A DNA stretch of 64,000 nt, taken from positions 4,092,001 to 4,156,000 of the forward strand of contig NC_083294.1 in assembly GCF_963506605.1 (NCBI RefSeq), in the 5' to 3' direction. A program made the position numbers and the translations under genes. The first letter of the stretch is position 1. Each line of letters starts with the position of its first letter. The notes below the pieces were generated by a model. It was not told where the DNA came from. It saw only the letters and a list, made by a program, of their open reading frames with translations, and did no database searches. Below, piece by piece: positions 35,901 through 48,200 of this stretch. The stretch comes from Zootoca vivipara. Lineage: Eukaryota.

Positions 35901-38900
35901 CCACGCCACCATCACCCGTGCCTGCCGTGACCGCAAGAGGGAGAAGGTGGCTCTGGCCGAATACACGGTGGAGGTGAGGAGGCTGTCGCGATCGGTAATC
36001 GTAGGGGGGGGATTGACGACCGATCGATCAGCTCGCTGATTGATTGATTGGCCTGCTGATTGACAACATGTCCCCCCCCCCCGGACAGCAAGCTCGAGCT
36101 ACGCTGAGCAGCTACGTCTTCAGCCGCATGAACACCCACAACGCCCTGCTCTACGAGGTCAAGCGGCGGGGCACGCACCTTGAGGAGCTACAGGTCATCT
36201 TGCGGGGACTCATCGCCCTCGAGACGCCTGGGCCCGAGGCTCAGGCCCAGCTGAGGGTGAGAGGGAGCGTGGCGCTCTGTAGAGATCCCAGATTCAAGAA
36301 ATAAGACTGTTTGTATTGATTAAAGAATAATAATAAGTTATTAATATTTAATCATTTATTTCATGTTATAATTAGGTTATTAAATAATATTATATCACAA
36401 TCTTAAATACTGTAATAATTTAGCAATCCCAGATTCAATAAAAAATACTATTCTTATTGATTAAATAACAATAGTATTATTAATATTTAATAATTCATTT
36501 AATTTTATAATATAACTAGCTGACCCGGCCACGCGTTGCTGTGGTTCTTTCCTGTGACCCCCCCCCGTCCTGATCCACGACGTATCCTGCCCCTCCTCCC
36601 TCCACGCTGGCTCATCCCTGTGTTTCGGTAGGATACCCTTCCCTCTGTTGTCCGTGGGGAGTGTTGGCCCCTCCCCCATGTATCTCCATACCTTGGCCCC
36701 CACCCTTGGAGAAGGAACTGTTAGGTTCTGGGTTCTATTTCCCAGCATGCACTTTTGTCTGAGCCCTCTGTTGTCCCTGGGGAGTGTTGGCCCCTACCCC
36801 CGGTATCTTCCTACATTGGCCCCCACCCTTGGAGAAGGAAATGTCAGTTTCTGGGTTCCATTTCCCAGGATTTACTTTTGTCTGAGCCCTCTGTTGTCCC
36901 CTCCCCCCTGTATCTCCATACATTGGACCCTGGGCACATATCGTGAACATTTCTATATATTTAGATTAAGGATTGGGGGTGGTGATGCGCCCTGGGACCC
37001 AGAGAACTACTTTAAAAATCCCGACCGGGGGGGGGGGGTCAAATAGCGAAGCCCCACAGCCCCGTAGCAACGGACAGGCCCAGACAGAAGGAGGGGGGGT
37101 CTTATGGGCCACTTGGCGTGGGCCTCCGAATCCAAAGAGGGCCTCAGTCAGCATACTGTATTCACAATCAGTAAAATGGAAAAAAGTAACAAAAGGGTTA
37201 AAAACAGGGCCACATTATCTACCTGGCCCGGGCCTCTGTCTGGCCCTGCAAAGGACCTGGCAACAGAAGGCGCATTCTGAAACACCCAAGTTGTTCAGTT
37301 CCAGGAAGTGGCAAGGGGAAGGTAGGGGATTGTAAATCGAGGGGGTTGGAATTGGGCACTGCAAATATATGAGGACTTAAACTGGGGAGAGAAAGTGCAT
37401 GGTTGTTGTTTTTTTTAAAAAGACGCAGAGGGTTGCATTCAGTCGTAGTATATGTGAAATGGAGGGTAATAGCCCCCCTTCAGATCCCCCTGGGCCTCAG
37501 AGTTTCCCTGAGTCGAGGCGAGATACTGTGGAGAGGGCAGGTTTCATCCCTGTGTCTCCCCCCACCCTGTTCTGACCCATTACGTATCCCTGCCTTCTAT
37601 TCATTGGACCTTGTTGCTGGAAAAGGCCTGTTTTCAGTTGAAACAAAATAAAAATATTCCTTCCAGCAGCACCTTAAAGACCAACTAAGGTGCTACTGGA
37701 AGGAATTTTTTTATTTCGTTTCGACTACCTCAGACCAACACGGCTACCTGCCTGTTTTCAGTTGGTTTGGTCTTCAACACCTCTGCTGGATGGATGGATG
37801 GATGTGAGTGGTGGATCTCGTGGTGGAGGCGGGGTTTGTGGGTTGCTGTGCGTTAGTCTGTCAAATGTAGGGTAATAGGCCCCCTTCAGATCCCCCTGAG
37901 CCTCAGAGTCCCCCTGTTTTATAGGATCTCGTGGCGGAGGCGGGGTTTGTGGGTGTGGCGCGTTGTTGTGGCTAATCCATGTGACTGCCCCCACGTGTCC
38001 CGATCCATGATCTATTCTGTTTGTCGTCCCCCCCCCTCTCCATGACCGGCGTATCTCATGACGTTTTGAAGGATGGTACTTATTTTTGTCTTGTGGTTAT
38101 TTAGTGGGGGATTTGGGGGTGGTAGTGGTGCTAAATTGTAAAGTAAAAACCCCTTGCCGTGCCCCCAAGTGCGTTGCTGTGGGTTATTCCCCCCCCCGGG
38201 CCTAGTGGAGGCCTGGCAGGGGCTACATAAAACAAAGGCCATGTTGCGACCTGCGATCCGGGCGCTCGCCCTCTTCCCCCCTGGGCCTAGTGGGGGCCTA
38301 GCAGTCTGGCAGGGGCCTAGGGGTCTGATAATTTCCGTCTTGGTGGTTTCAGTTGCTTGGTTGATGATGTCATTTGGTTTGTGGGTGTGGCTTAGATTTC
38401 ACAGGAAGGGAGGGGTGGAGGAGGGTATAACGCCACTTGAGGGCGCTGTTTTACTTGGTGGGAAACCAGGTTTCTACCTGCCCAGATGCGAAATTTGAGG
38501 GTTTTTTGTCCCCAACAACGCTCAGGGAATGGCCTGGATCGCTGTGTCAAAATTTCAGGACGATCGGTCAAGTGGTTATGGAGAAAAGTGCGGCTGACAC
38601 TTTCAAGATTTTTACATTTTTATATATATAGATGATATTAAATAATAATTTAATAATATTAATAGTATTTAGTAATAATAATATTATTAAATACTACTAC
38701 TGTACTACTACTACTACTACTACTATTATTATTATTATTATTATTAATTTTGAGTGATTGGCCAAACCCTCCACCTGGATTTTAAATCCCCCCAAAATGC
38801 CGCCAGCCCTGCCTTGCTGCAGCGGGGAGTTTTCCCAGGTTAACGGCTCTGCCCCCCCCCCCCGGTTGCAGGAGATCCGCCGGCTGGAGAACAGCGTGGA

Positions 38901-39101
38901 GAAGACCCGGGTGCTAATTGCGACGGCCGAGAATGCCCACATGCTGTACCGGAAGATGTTGGACGTGCTGAAAGACGTGAGGGCTTCTGCCTGCCCCCCG
39001 CCCCCCCACCGAAATCGGACTGTGTATTGCTTAATAATAAAAATAATTTGGGAAATAAATAAATAATAAAAAGGGTAGTTTCTCGATGGGACTATATTGC
39101 T

Positions 39102-39145
<44 letters not shown>

Positions 39146-39422
39146 TTCCACGTTATAATTATTAATGAAGCACTATACAGTCCCATTGAGAAACTGGGTA
39201 GTTTCTTGATGGGACTGTATATTGCTTCATCATCATCATTATTGTTATTACTATTAATTTCCATATTATTATTATTTCTTCCCAGGAATTGTCTCACCTC
39301 CCTCTCATCCTGGACGACCTGCAGAAGCGGGTGGAAGTCTATCAGGTGGAGCTGCAAGGCGTCCGCCTCATGACCCTTGACACAACAGAAGCCATGGAGG
39401 CGGCTCAGGTGAGAGGCTGCAA

Positions 39423-39464
<42 letters not shown>

Positions 39465-39892
39465 TCTACCCTGCCCATCAAGCTGGGTGTCCCCCAGCCA
39501 CTCTGGGTGGCTTAAAATTTTCCCATTATTATTATTATTATTATCATTTTTATTTGTTTTCCAATACAGCCAATTAACATATTATTATTATTAATCATTT
39601 TTATTAGTTTTCCAATAAAAACAGCCAATTAACTTATTATTATTATTATTAAATCATTATTATTTTTCCAATACATACAGCCAATTAACATATTATTATT
39701 ATTAAATATTATTGAATACAATATTAGATATTTCTTTACTCTTTACTATTTATTATTTGTATTATGAGAGTTAAGCAACGGATTAAAGAATGATCATGAG
39801 TCAATCATGTCAGCAAATGAGTATCATCATCATTATTATTATTAAAATCATTTTTATTCATTTTCCAATACAGCCAATTCACATATGATTAC

Positions 39893-39923
<31 letters not shown>

Positions 39924-39959
39924 TTTTATTGGTTTTCCAATAAAAACAGCCAATTAACA

Positions 39960-40001
<42 letters not shown>

Positions 40002-43000
40002 ATATTATCGAAGGCTTAATATTAGATATTCCTTTACTATTTAATATTTATTATTTGTATTATGAGAGTTAAGCAACGGATTAAAGAATAATCATGAGTC
40101 ACTCATGTCAGCAAATGAGTGTCATCATTATCATCATCATCATCATTATTTCCAGGCCGACATGCTCAACACCGAGACGGAGCTGGTGGCCGAGAAGAAG
40201 TTCCGCGACAACTCCCTCAACATCCAGAAGAAGCAGATCGAGAGGATCCGCAGCAAGGACGCCTCTGAGAGGCACCGCCGGACGCTGGTGAGCAGCTGGG
40301 AACCCTGGTGCAGCGCCTACCCCTTCCCCCTGCCCCACTGTTCTAACCACTGCATGTCGCCCCCTCTCTCCGCCAGCAAGGACGCCGCGACATGGACTTC
40401 CCCAGCCTGATGGGCCGCGAGGGGATGAGAGGTAAGCCAGGGCCCCCTTCCCGTGCCTGGGAGTCGTAGCGTGCGGCACCAGGGAGTTGTAGTGCGCGGT
40501 ACCCGGGAGTCATAGCGTATGGCCCCCGGTCACCTCTCTCTCTCCTCCCAGGGGCCAGGCTGGAGGCCTCCAAGGCCATGATCGAGTACCAGGGCCTGGT
40601 GACAGCCGAAGTGGACAAGATCAAGGCCGCCGTCCAGTGCTCCCACCTCTGGGTATTGTAGTTCCTGACGCCCGGGCGGGAAAGCTTGGGGGGCGGAATC
40701 CATCGCCAAAAGGCAGCTTTGAATGTTGAACAGACCGTTGTAGTTTCATATTGGGTTGGAAGCTCCCCAAATGGGGATATTATTATTATATATATATAAT
40801 AATCCCCATTTGGGGAGCTTCCCCAATCATTATCATTATCATTATTATTATGTCTAATGACTGGTTGTGAATTTCAGAAAGAAAGAAATCGGATCAATAT
40901 CAACAATTGGCTGTAAATTGAAGAAAGAAATCTCCTCAATACCAATAATTGGTTAATAATAATAATAATAATAATATATTTGTGCCCTGCCCATCTGGCT
41001 TCCAACAAAGGTTTAAAAATACATTTAAATGTCACACATTCAAAACTTTGGTTGTAAATCCAAGACAGAAAGAAATCTCATCAATACCAATCATTGGTTG
41101 TAAATCTCAGCAATATTTATAATTGGTAGTATATCGCTTAGAAATCTCATCAATACAAAGAAAAATCTCATCAATACAAATTATTGGCTGTATATCTAAG
41201 AAAAACCAAATACCAATAAGTCCTTGTAAATTCAATACTCATCAATACCAATAAGTGCTTGTAAATTAAATAGTCTCATCAATACCAATAATTGCTTGCA
41301 AATCTGAGAAACAATGTTTGGTTGTAAATCTAAGAAAGACAGACATTTCATCAATACCAATAATTGGTTGTATATCTGAGAAAAATCAAAACACCAATAC
41401 CGGTAAGTCCTTGTAAATTCAATACTCATCAATACCAATAAGTGCTTGTAAATTCAATAGTCTAATCAATACTAATAATGCTTTCAAATCAAATAAGCAT
41501 TGATTGGTTGTAAATCTAAGGGTGGGGGAAAAGAAATCTCATCTATACCAAGAATTGGTTGTGAATTTAACAAATACTTTTTAATCAATTAATCAATTTA
41601 ATCAAATAATCAAATAATTGATTAATAAATCAATACATATTAGATTTGCCATCTAATCAAGAAATCCCAACAAGTCCTAATGATGGGTTGCCTGTCTAAT
41701 AAATAGAAAAAAACCTCTACTAATTGGTTGCAAAACGAGTAAAAACTTTGGTGCTGTAGATCAATAATCAATAATTATAGCACCAATTTCTTTCCCCGCA
41801 GGATATCGCCGGGCGCTTCCTGGCGCAGAAGAAGTCTGAGGAGGACCTCCAGCAGCAGATTGCCGAGTGTGAAAGACGCCGGCGGGAACTTAAATCCCAC
41901 CTGAAGGCGCTGGAGCTGGAGCGGGCGGAGCTAAAGTTCCACCCGGCACCTGGCGCCCTCAGGTAACAGTTCGAATTTGAAACGCTTTGACGGGATCCTG
42001 GGGCAGGCAGTTCCAAACATCCAAAAAAAACCCCGGGCGCCCTGCTTTCCCATGCAGCTCCCAGAAGCTGACCGAGGAGCTGGGCGCAGCGCTAGAGGAA
42101 GAGAGTCGCCGCCTGGCGGAGGCCCAGCACCACGTTTCCCAGAACCAGGAGTTGCTGCTACTTTTCGAGAACGGGGTCAACAACCTCGCCATTCGCCTGT
42201 GTGGTGTCCACGTGGCCGGGCAGGTAGGGAACTACAGTTCCCAAAGTCAGCTTGGGTCTTGGGAATTGTGGTTTACGGGCAGCCTCTCCCACTCAATTCT
42301 GTTTGACCGGGAACCGTAGTTCACCGGGTTCCACACCATACTATAGTTCCCATGGGCAAGGCCTTTGAAATGCCATCCTGTGTGGTTTGCACAGGGTACA
42401 AAGCTGATCCCTTGTGGCAGGAAATTCTGGAAACTGTAGCGCTCTTTGCACCCTGGCAAACTTTAGTTCCCGAATTTCCAAAAAGGCAGTTACATTTCAT
42501 GCTGCAGGGAGTTTATTGATTCACCCCAAAGCCCTCCATTTCCCCATCTTGGCTCTCCAAACGTTCCCCTCCCTCTGATGCAACAGGGAGTTCCCAAGCT
42601 GAACCCCAAAGATCTGCTTTGAAATTGTTCTCCGTTCCAAAAATGCAGCTATATTTCATGCTGCGAGGAGTTCAATCAATCAATCAATCTACCCTGAATC
42701 TCAAAAAATCCAGCTATATTTCATGCCGCGGGAAGTTCAATCAATCAATCAATCAATCAATCCACCATGATTTTCCAAAAATGCAGCTATATTTCATTCC
42801 ATGGGGAATTAAATCAATCAACCCCAAATTTTCAGAAATGCAGCTATATTTCATGCCGCGGGGAGTTAAATCAATCAATCCACCCCGGATCTCAAAAAAT
42901 GCAGCTATATTTCATGCTGCGAGGAGTTTATCAATTAACCCCCCTTTCTCTCCCCTCCAGGATGAATTCCGTGGCGAGGCCTGGGACATCTTCCAGAAGC

Positions 43001-43873
43001 TCCAATTCTGCGAGGGGCGGCTGCTTCACCTCCTCAAGGTGGCGGCCCAGCCGCTGCACTTTGACTTCAGCCAGGAGGAGTCCAACGAGGTGCGCGGGAA
43101 CTGTAGCGCCAGCTTCAGCAAGGCGCCTGGCGGAGGTTTCTCACCACAACGGCGTTCTGATGTGACCGGGGGGGAGGGGGAGGAGCACACCAGGCATGGA
43201 AATGTAGCGTCTCCATAATAAGATTTTTCCCGTTCCCCCAAGCAACGCCGGGAACCGTAGCGCCAGGTGTCAAGTCGGTTGAGATTCATCCGGGAATATC
43301 GACATTGGGAATTGGAATTGGGAATCTGGCGCTGAGAGGCTTGATGAGCGTTTGACACAGGGCAGAACCATCCCAGATAGATTAATTAATTAATTACAAT
43401 AACAACTAATAATTAACTAATAATTAAGTTGCCCTCCACAGACCTTTGTCCAGGTGAGGAACGTCTTGGAAGAGAGCACCCGGGAGGAGCCGCAGAACCT
43501 GAGAATCACTTTCGAGGACGACGAAGACGTCCGAGGTACTACCGGGCACTGCGGCGCTACGACTCCCAACCAGCTGGGTCCGGATCGGATGGGGGAGACG
43601 GGCTTCCCCAGAGTCTTAGCAGGGAGGGTTGCCAAGCTGTCATCCATCTCTGGAAGGGGAGAAATGGGGGAAATGGTGGGATTGTAGAGTGGGACACCGG
43701 GCGGCCATCCATCTCAACCCCGTTGCTCTCACCCAACAGAGGCCTTCAATTTTGCCGACATCGACCACAGCTACCTCCCTGGGCGCGAGGAGATAAAGAA
43801 GCAGGGCCTGAAGCTGATCGACGACAAGACCAAGGTGGTCAAGAAGAAGCAGAGGGGGGCCTCCAAAAAGTGA
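29927..43873 (+). CDS. CCDC183: Coiled-coil domain-containing protein 183 (545 aa, 14 exons)
   Basis: Exons 29927-29996, 35084-35205, 35896-35973, 36089-36256, 38872-38976, 39286-39408, 40156-40287, 40377-40431, 40552-40652, 41802-41962, 42058-42223, 42961-43089, 43442-43535, 43740-43873. Total 1638 nt in frame. Motifs [47 protein letters not shown]. Lies upstream of RABL6 as in human. AATAAA at 43929. Confidence 0.9.
30020..30585. repeat. (AAGG)n-type purine tract containing an assembly gap (30214-30352)
   Basis: Simple repeat with a run of N. Confidence 0.9.
30586..32897 (-). mobile_element. CR1 LINE, 5'-truncated and disrupted
   Basis: [39 protein letters not shown]; (ATTCTATG)n-type tail seen as catagaatcataga. 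Confidence 0.92.
33268..33512 (+). mobile_element. Sauria SINE, 5'-truncated
   Basis: cctagcagttcgaaagcac...ggtcaggggtccctttaccttt. Confidence 0.85.
33647..35011 (-). mobile_element. 5'-truncated BovB LINE
   Basis: ORF 33941-34900 carries the RT with YADD; frameshifting insertion near 33966; (CAA)n tail. Confidence 0.92.
36516..38632 (-). mobile_element. Non-autonomous, probably compound Helitron in CCDC183 intron 4
   Basis: Minus strand A|TCTATATATATAAAA at 38632. 3' hairpin CCACAGCAACGCGTGG followed by CCGGGTCAGCTAG|T at 36516. A second 5'-end-like TCTAAATATATAG at 36965. Confidence 0.75.
40850..41570. repeat. AT-rich minisatellite in CCDC183 intron 9
   Basis: Recurring aatctcatcaataccaataattggttgtaaatc. 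Confidence 0.8.
42635..42940. repeat. ~65-bp minisatellite in CCDC183 intron 11
   Basis: aaaatgcagctatatttcatgctgcgaggagtt...aatcaatcaa, about 5 copies. Confidence 0.85.
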
Positions 43874-44009
43874 AAGAATGCAAAATATTATTAATAATTA
43901 GAATAATTCCTTTGCTGTGTAAAGCCAAAATAAAGAATTAGGTGTTTGGAAAAGGTTGGGTGTGAAGATTGTCCCTCCTGGGGCGCCATAGACCACAATC
44001 AAAGGCCGC

Positions 44010-44586
44010 CACACACAACATGGCCGCCACGTCCCTGAAGACACTTTTGCCTCCCCAGCCGCTTGTCGTAGACACCCTCCCTCCGCCCTCCTCCAGCTCC
44101 TGCCTCTTTATTATTTATTCTTTCTATATATATAAATTTATCGGTATAAATTTATCGGTATAAATTTGTATTATATGCATAAATTTATCGGTATAAATTT
44201 ATATTATATTTATATGCATATATTATTTATCTCACAGCATATTAAGCCCACGCGAGCCGCGCTTCCTTCCACCGTTGCCTAGCGACCAGGCCTCCGCTGG
44301 ACAATATTGTCCCTCTCCAGCCACCGTCGCTACCAACGCCCTGCAATTGTCCCTCCGCGTTTCCCGTCGCGAGCGAGCGCCCTCATTAGCTGAAATCTGC
44401 CGCGGGGGGGGGGGGGGAACTATGTCCCTCAACGGCCGCCGTCCGCCGCCGGAAGTCGTCCCGCTTAGCGAAGAAGGAGGAGGAGGAGGAGGGCAAAGAT
44501 GGCGTCGTCGTCGTTGTGAGGGGCTGCCTTGCCGCTCGTCCGCTCCTCTGCTGGGCCGGCCTGGGCGCCGGCTCCTCCCAGGCGGG
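44010..44586 (+). promoter_or_regulatory. RABL6 CpG promoter
   Basis: RFX X-box-like GTTGCCTAGCGAC 44274-44286, ETS CCGGAAGT ~44449, YY1-like AAGATGGCG ~44496. Confidence 0.6.
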
Positions 44587-45181
44587 ATGTTCTCGGCGCT
44601 CAAGAAGCTGGTGGGCTCGGAGCAAGGCCCCGTTCGGGAGAAGCCCATCCCGGCGGGCTTGCAGTCCATGAACCAGGCGCTGCAGAGGCGCTTCGCCAAG
44701 GGCGTCCAGTATAACAGTGAGTCGGGATGGCGATTAATATTCATGAGATGAACTGCTGGCTATTAACTCCGCTCCGCTTCATATTAATATTCATGACTTC
44801 TATTAATATTCATGAGATGAACGGTTTATATTTATATTTATATTAATATTCATGAGACGGACGATTCCCATTAAGAGCTCCTTAAGCTCTTATTTTCCCG
44901 TTCTGAGAAACCTAGCTCCTCAAGCTATTTTGCATGGCATGAGGCAGGAGCTCCCCGCTCTGGGAAACCTAGCTCATAAGCAATACTATTAATCACCAGG
45001 ACAAATTATGGCAGCGATCACAATTCTTTCTTCCTCTTCCATTTTTGATATAATGTTTAATATTGTTAATGATGACCAAACTGTTTGTTAGCATTCGTTG
45101 GTTCAAATTGTATTTATGGCTTTCGTCCTCCGGGCTCTGAAATGGCAAAATATCAAGAGTATTATTATTGCACCTCCATGT

Positions 45182-45212
<31 letters not shown>

Positions 45213-48200
45213 TAATAATAATAATTTATTATTTATACCCCGCCCATCTGGCCGGGTTCCCCCAGCCACCCTGGGCGGCTTCCAACAAAAATACAGAAAT
45301 CAAACATCAAAAGCTTCCCTAAGCAGGGCTGCCTTGAGATGACTTCTAAAGGTCTGGTAATTGTTGTTCTCTTTGACCTCTAGTGGGAGGGCATTGCACA
45401 GGGTGGGTGCCACTACCGAGAAGGCCCTCTGCCTGGTTCCCTGTAACTTGGTTTCTTGTAGCGAGGGAACCGCCAGAAGGCCCTCGGCGCTTGACCTCAG
45501 TGTCCGGGCAGAACGATGGGGGTGGAGACGCTCCTTCAGGTATGCTGGACCGAGGCCGTTTACGGCAGTGTTTCTCAACCAGTGTGCCTCCAGATGTTTT
45601 GGGACTACAACTCCCATCATCCCTAGCTAGCAAGACCAGTGGTCAGGAATGATGGGAGTTGTAGTCCCAAAACATCTGGAGGCACACTGGTTGAGAAACA
45701 CTGGTTTAGGGCTTTAAAGGTCAGCACCAACACTTTGAATTGTGCTCGGAAACGTACAGGGAGCCAATGTAGGTCTTTCAGGACCGGTGTTATGTGGTCT
45801 CGGCGGCCGCTCCCAGTCACCAGTCTAGCTGCTGCATTCTGGGTTAGTTGTAGTTTCCGGGTCACCTTCAAAGGTAGCCCCACGAAGAGCGCATTGCAGT
45901 AGTCCAAGCGAGAGATAACTAGAGCATGCACCACTCTGGCGAGACACTCCGCGGGCAGGTAGGGGCTCAGCCTGCGTATCAGATAGAGCTGATAAACAGC
46001 TGCTCTGGACACAGAATTGACCTGCGCCTCCATGGACAGCTGTGAGTCCAAAATGACTCCCAGGCTGCACACCTGGTCCTTCAGGGGCACAGTTACCCCA
46101 TTCAGGACCAGGGAGTCCTCCACATCCGCCCGCCTCTTGTCCCCCACAAACAGTACCTCTGTCTTGTCAGGATTCAATCTCAATCTGTTAGCCGCCATCC
46201 ATCCTCCAACCACCTCCAGACACTCACACAGGACCTTCACCGCCTTCACTGGTTCTGATTTGAAAGAAAGGTAGAGCTAGGTATCATCCGCATACTGATG
46301 AAAACCCAGCCCAAACCCCCTGATGATCTCTCCCAGCGGCTGCATATAGATGTTAAAAAGCATGGGGGAGAGGACAGAACCCTGAGGCACCCCACAAGTG
46401 AGAACCCAGGGGTCTGAACACTCATCCCGCACCACCACTTTCTGAACACGGCCCAGGAGGAAGGAGCGGAACCACTGTATAACAGTGCCCCTAGCTCCCA
46501 AGCCCTCTACACGGTCCAGAAGGATGTTATGGTCGATGGTGCCAAAAGCCGCTGAGAGATCCAGCAGAACTAGGAAACAGCTCTCACCTTTGTCCCTAGC
46601 CCACCAGAGATCTTCGACCAGCTGCATCTAAAGGCGGTTTTTTAAGAAGTGCTTTAATAACCGCCTCTTTCAGCGGCTCTGGGAAGGCTCCTTCGCAGAG
46701 AGAAGCATTCACCAACCTGCGAAGCCCATCGCCCAGCCCTTCCCAGCTAGCTTTTATAAGCCAATAAGTCAGGATGGGCAAGGGTCAAGGAGACAGGTGG
46801 TTGGTTTCACTCGTCCAAGCAGCCTGTGCACATCCTCGGAGGTAACAGATTGGAATTGATCCCACACAACTTGACTGGACAGGACTCTAGCACTCCCCCG
46901 CCCCGGCCCTGTTCCCACGGTGGAGTCTACCTCTTCCTGAATCTGAGCGGTTTATCTGTAAAAAACTTTGCAAAATCATTGCAGGAGATCATGTGGCCCG
47001 TACTGGGCCCGGATGGAGCAGGTGGTTCCGCTAAATTGTGAACCACCTGAAAGAGTCTCCTGCTGCTGTTTTCTGCAGATGCGATAGAAACTTGTCATCT
47101 CTGATAAGGAGGGTGAAACGGACTATAGAGATGAGGTGGAGCGGCTGACAGAGTGGTGCAGAGTTAATAACTTGCTCATAAATACAAAGAAAACAAAGGA
47201 GCTTATGGTGGACTTTAGGAGACAGAAGAACGAGGTCCAGCCACTTTTGATTGACGGAATTTGTGTGGAGAGGGTAACAACGTTTATATTTCTAGGCATT
47301 GAGTTACAGGAGGATCTGTCCTGGAGTGTTAATACAAGGGGGCTTGTGAAGAAGGCGCAGCAGAGACTGTATTTTTTGAGAATTTTAAGGAAAAACCATC
47401 TTCCACAAAAGCTGCTGCTTGCCTTCTATCACTGTGCCATACAGAGCGTGCTCACGTATGGTTTATGTGTGTGGTACAGAAGCTGTACTTCTCAGGATAG
47501 AGCAGGGCTGTGTAGAATTATTAAAACAGCAGAGAGCATTATTGGCTGCTCACTCTTCACCTTAGAACAAATCTACACCACCAGGTGCCATAGAAAAGCA
47601 CTAGACATATCAAGAGATCCAACGCACCCTGGTCACCATTTCTTTCAGCTCCTGCCATCGGGACAGAGATATAGAACTATGCAGGCAAGAACGAGCCGTC
47701 TCAGGAACAGTTTCTTCTCTAGAGCGATTTTGGCCTTAAATGGAAAGCCTGGACTTTGAAGTCATTTTATTTGTTATTTGTATTATATTTACTGTTTTTA
47801 ATTAGGTTTTGTAAATTTGGATTATGCGGAATGCTTTATCTGAGTGGATGTTGTTTGTTGTTTAGTCGTTTAGTCATGTCCGACTCTTCGTGACCCCATG
47901 GACCATAGCACGCCAGGCACTCCTGTCTTGCACTGCCTCCCGCAGTTTGGTCAAACTCATGTTCGTAGCTTCGAGAACACTGTCCAACCATCTCGTCCTC
48001 TGTCGTCCTCTTCTCCTAATGCCCTCCATCTTTCCCAACATCAGGGTCTTTTCCAGGGAGTCTGCTCTTCTCATGAGGTGGCCAAAGTATTGGAGCCTCA
48101 GCTTCACAATCTGTCCTTCCAGTGAGCACCCAGGGTTGATTTCCTTCAGAATGGAGAGGTTTGATCTTCTTGCAGTCCATGAGTGGATGTAGCAACCAAG

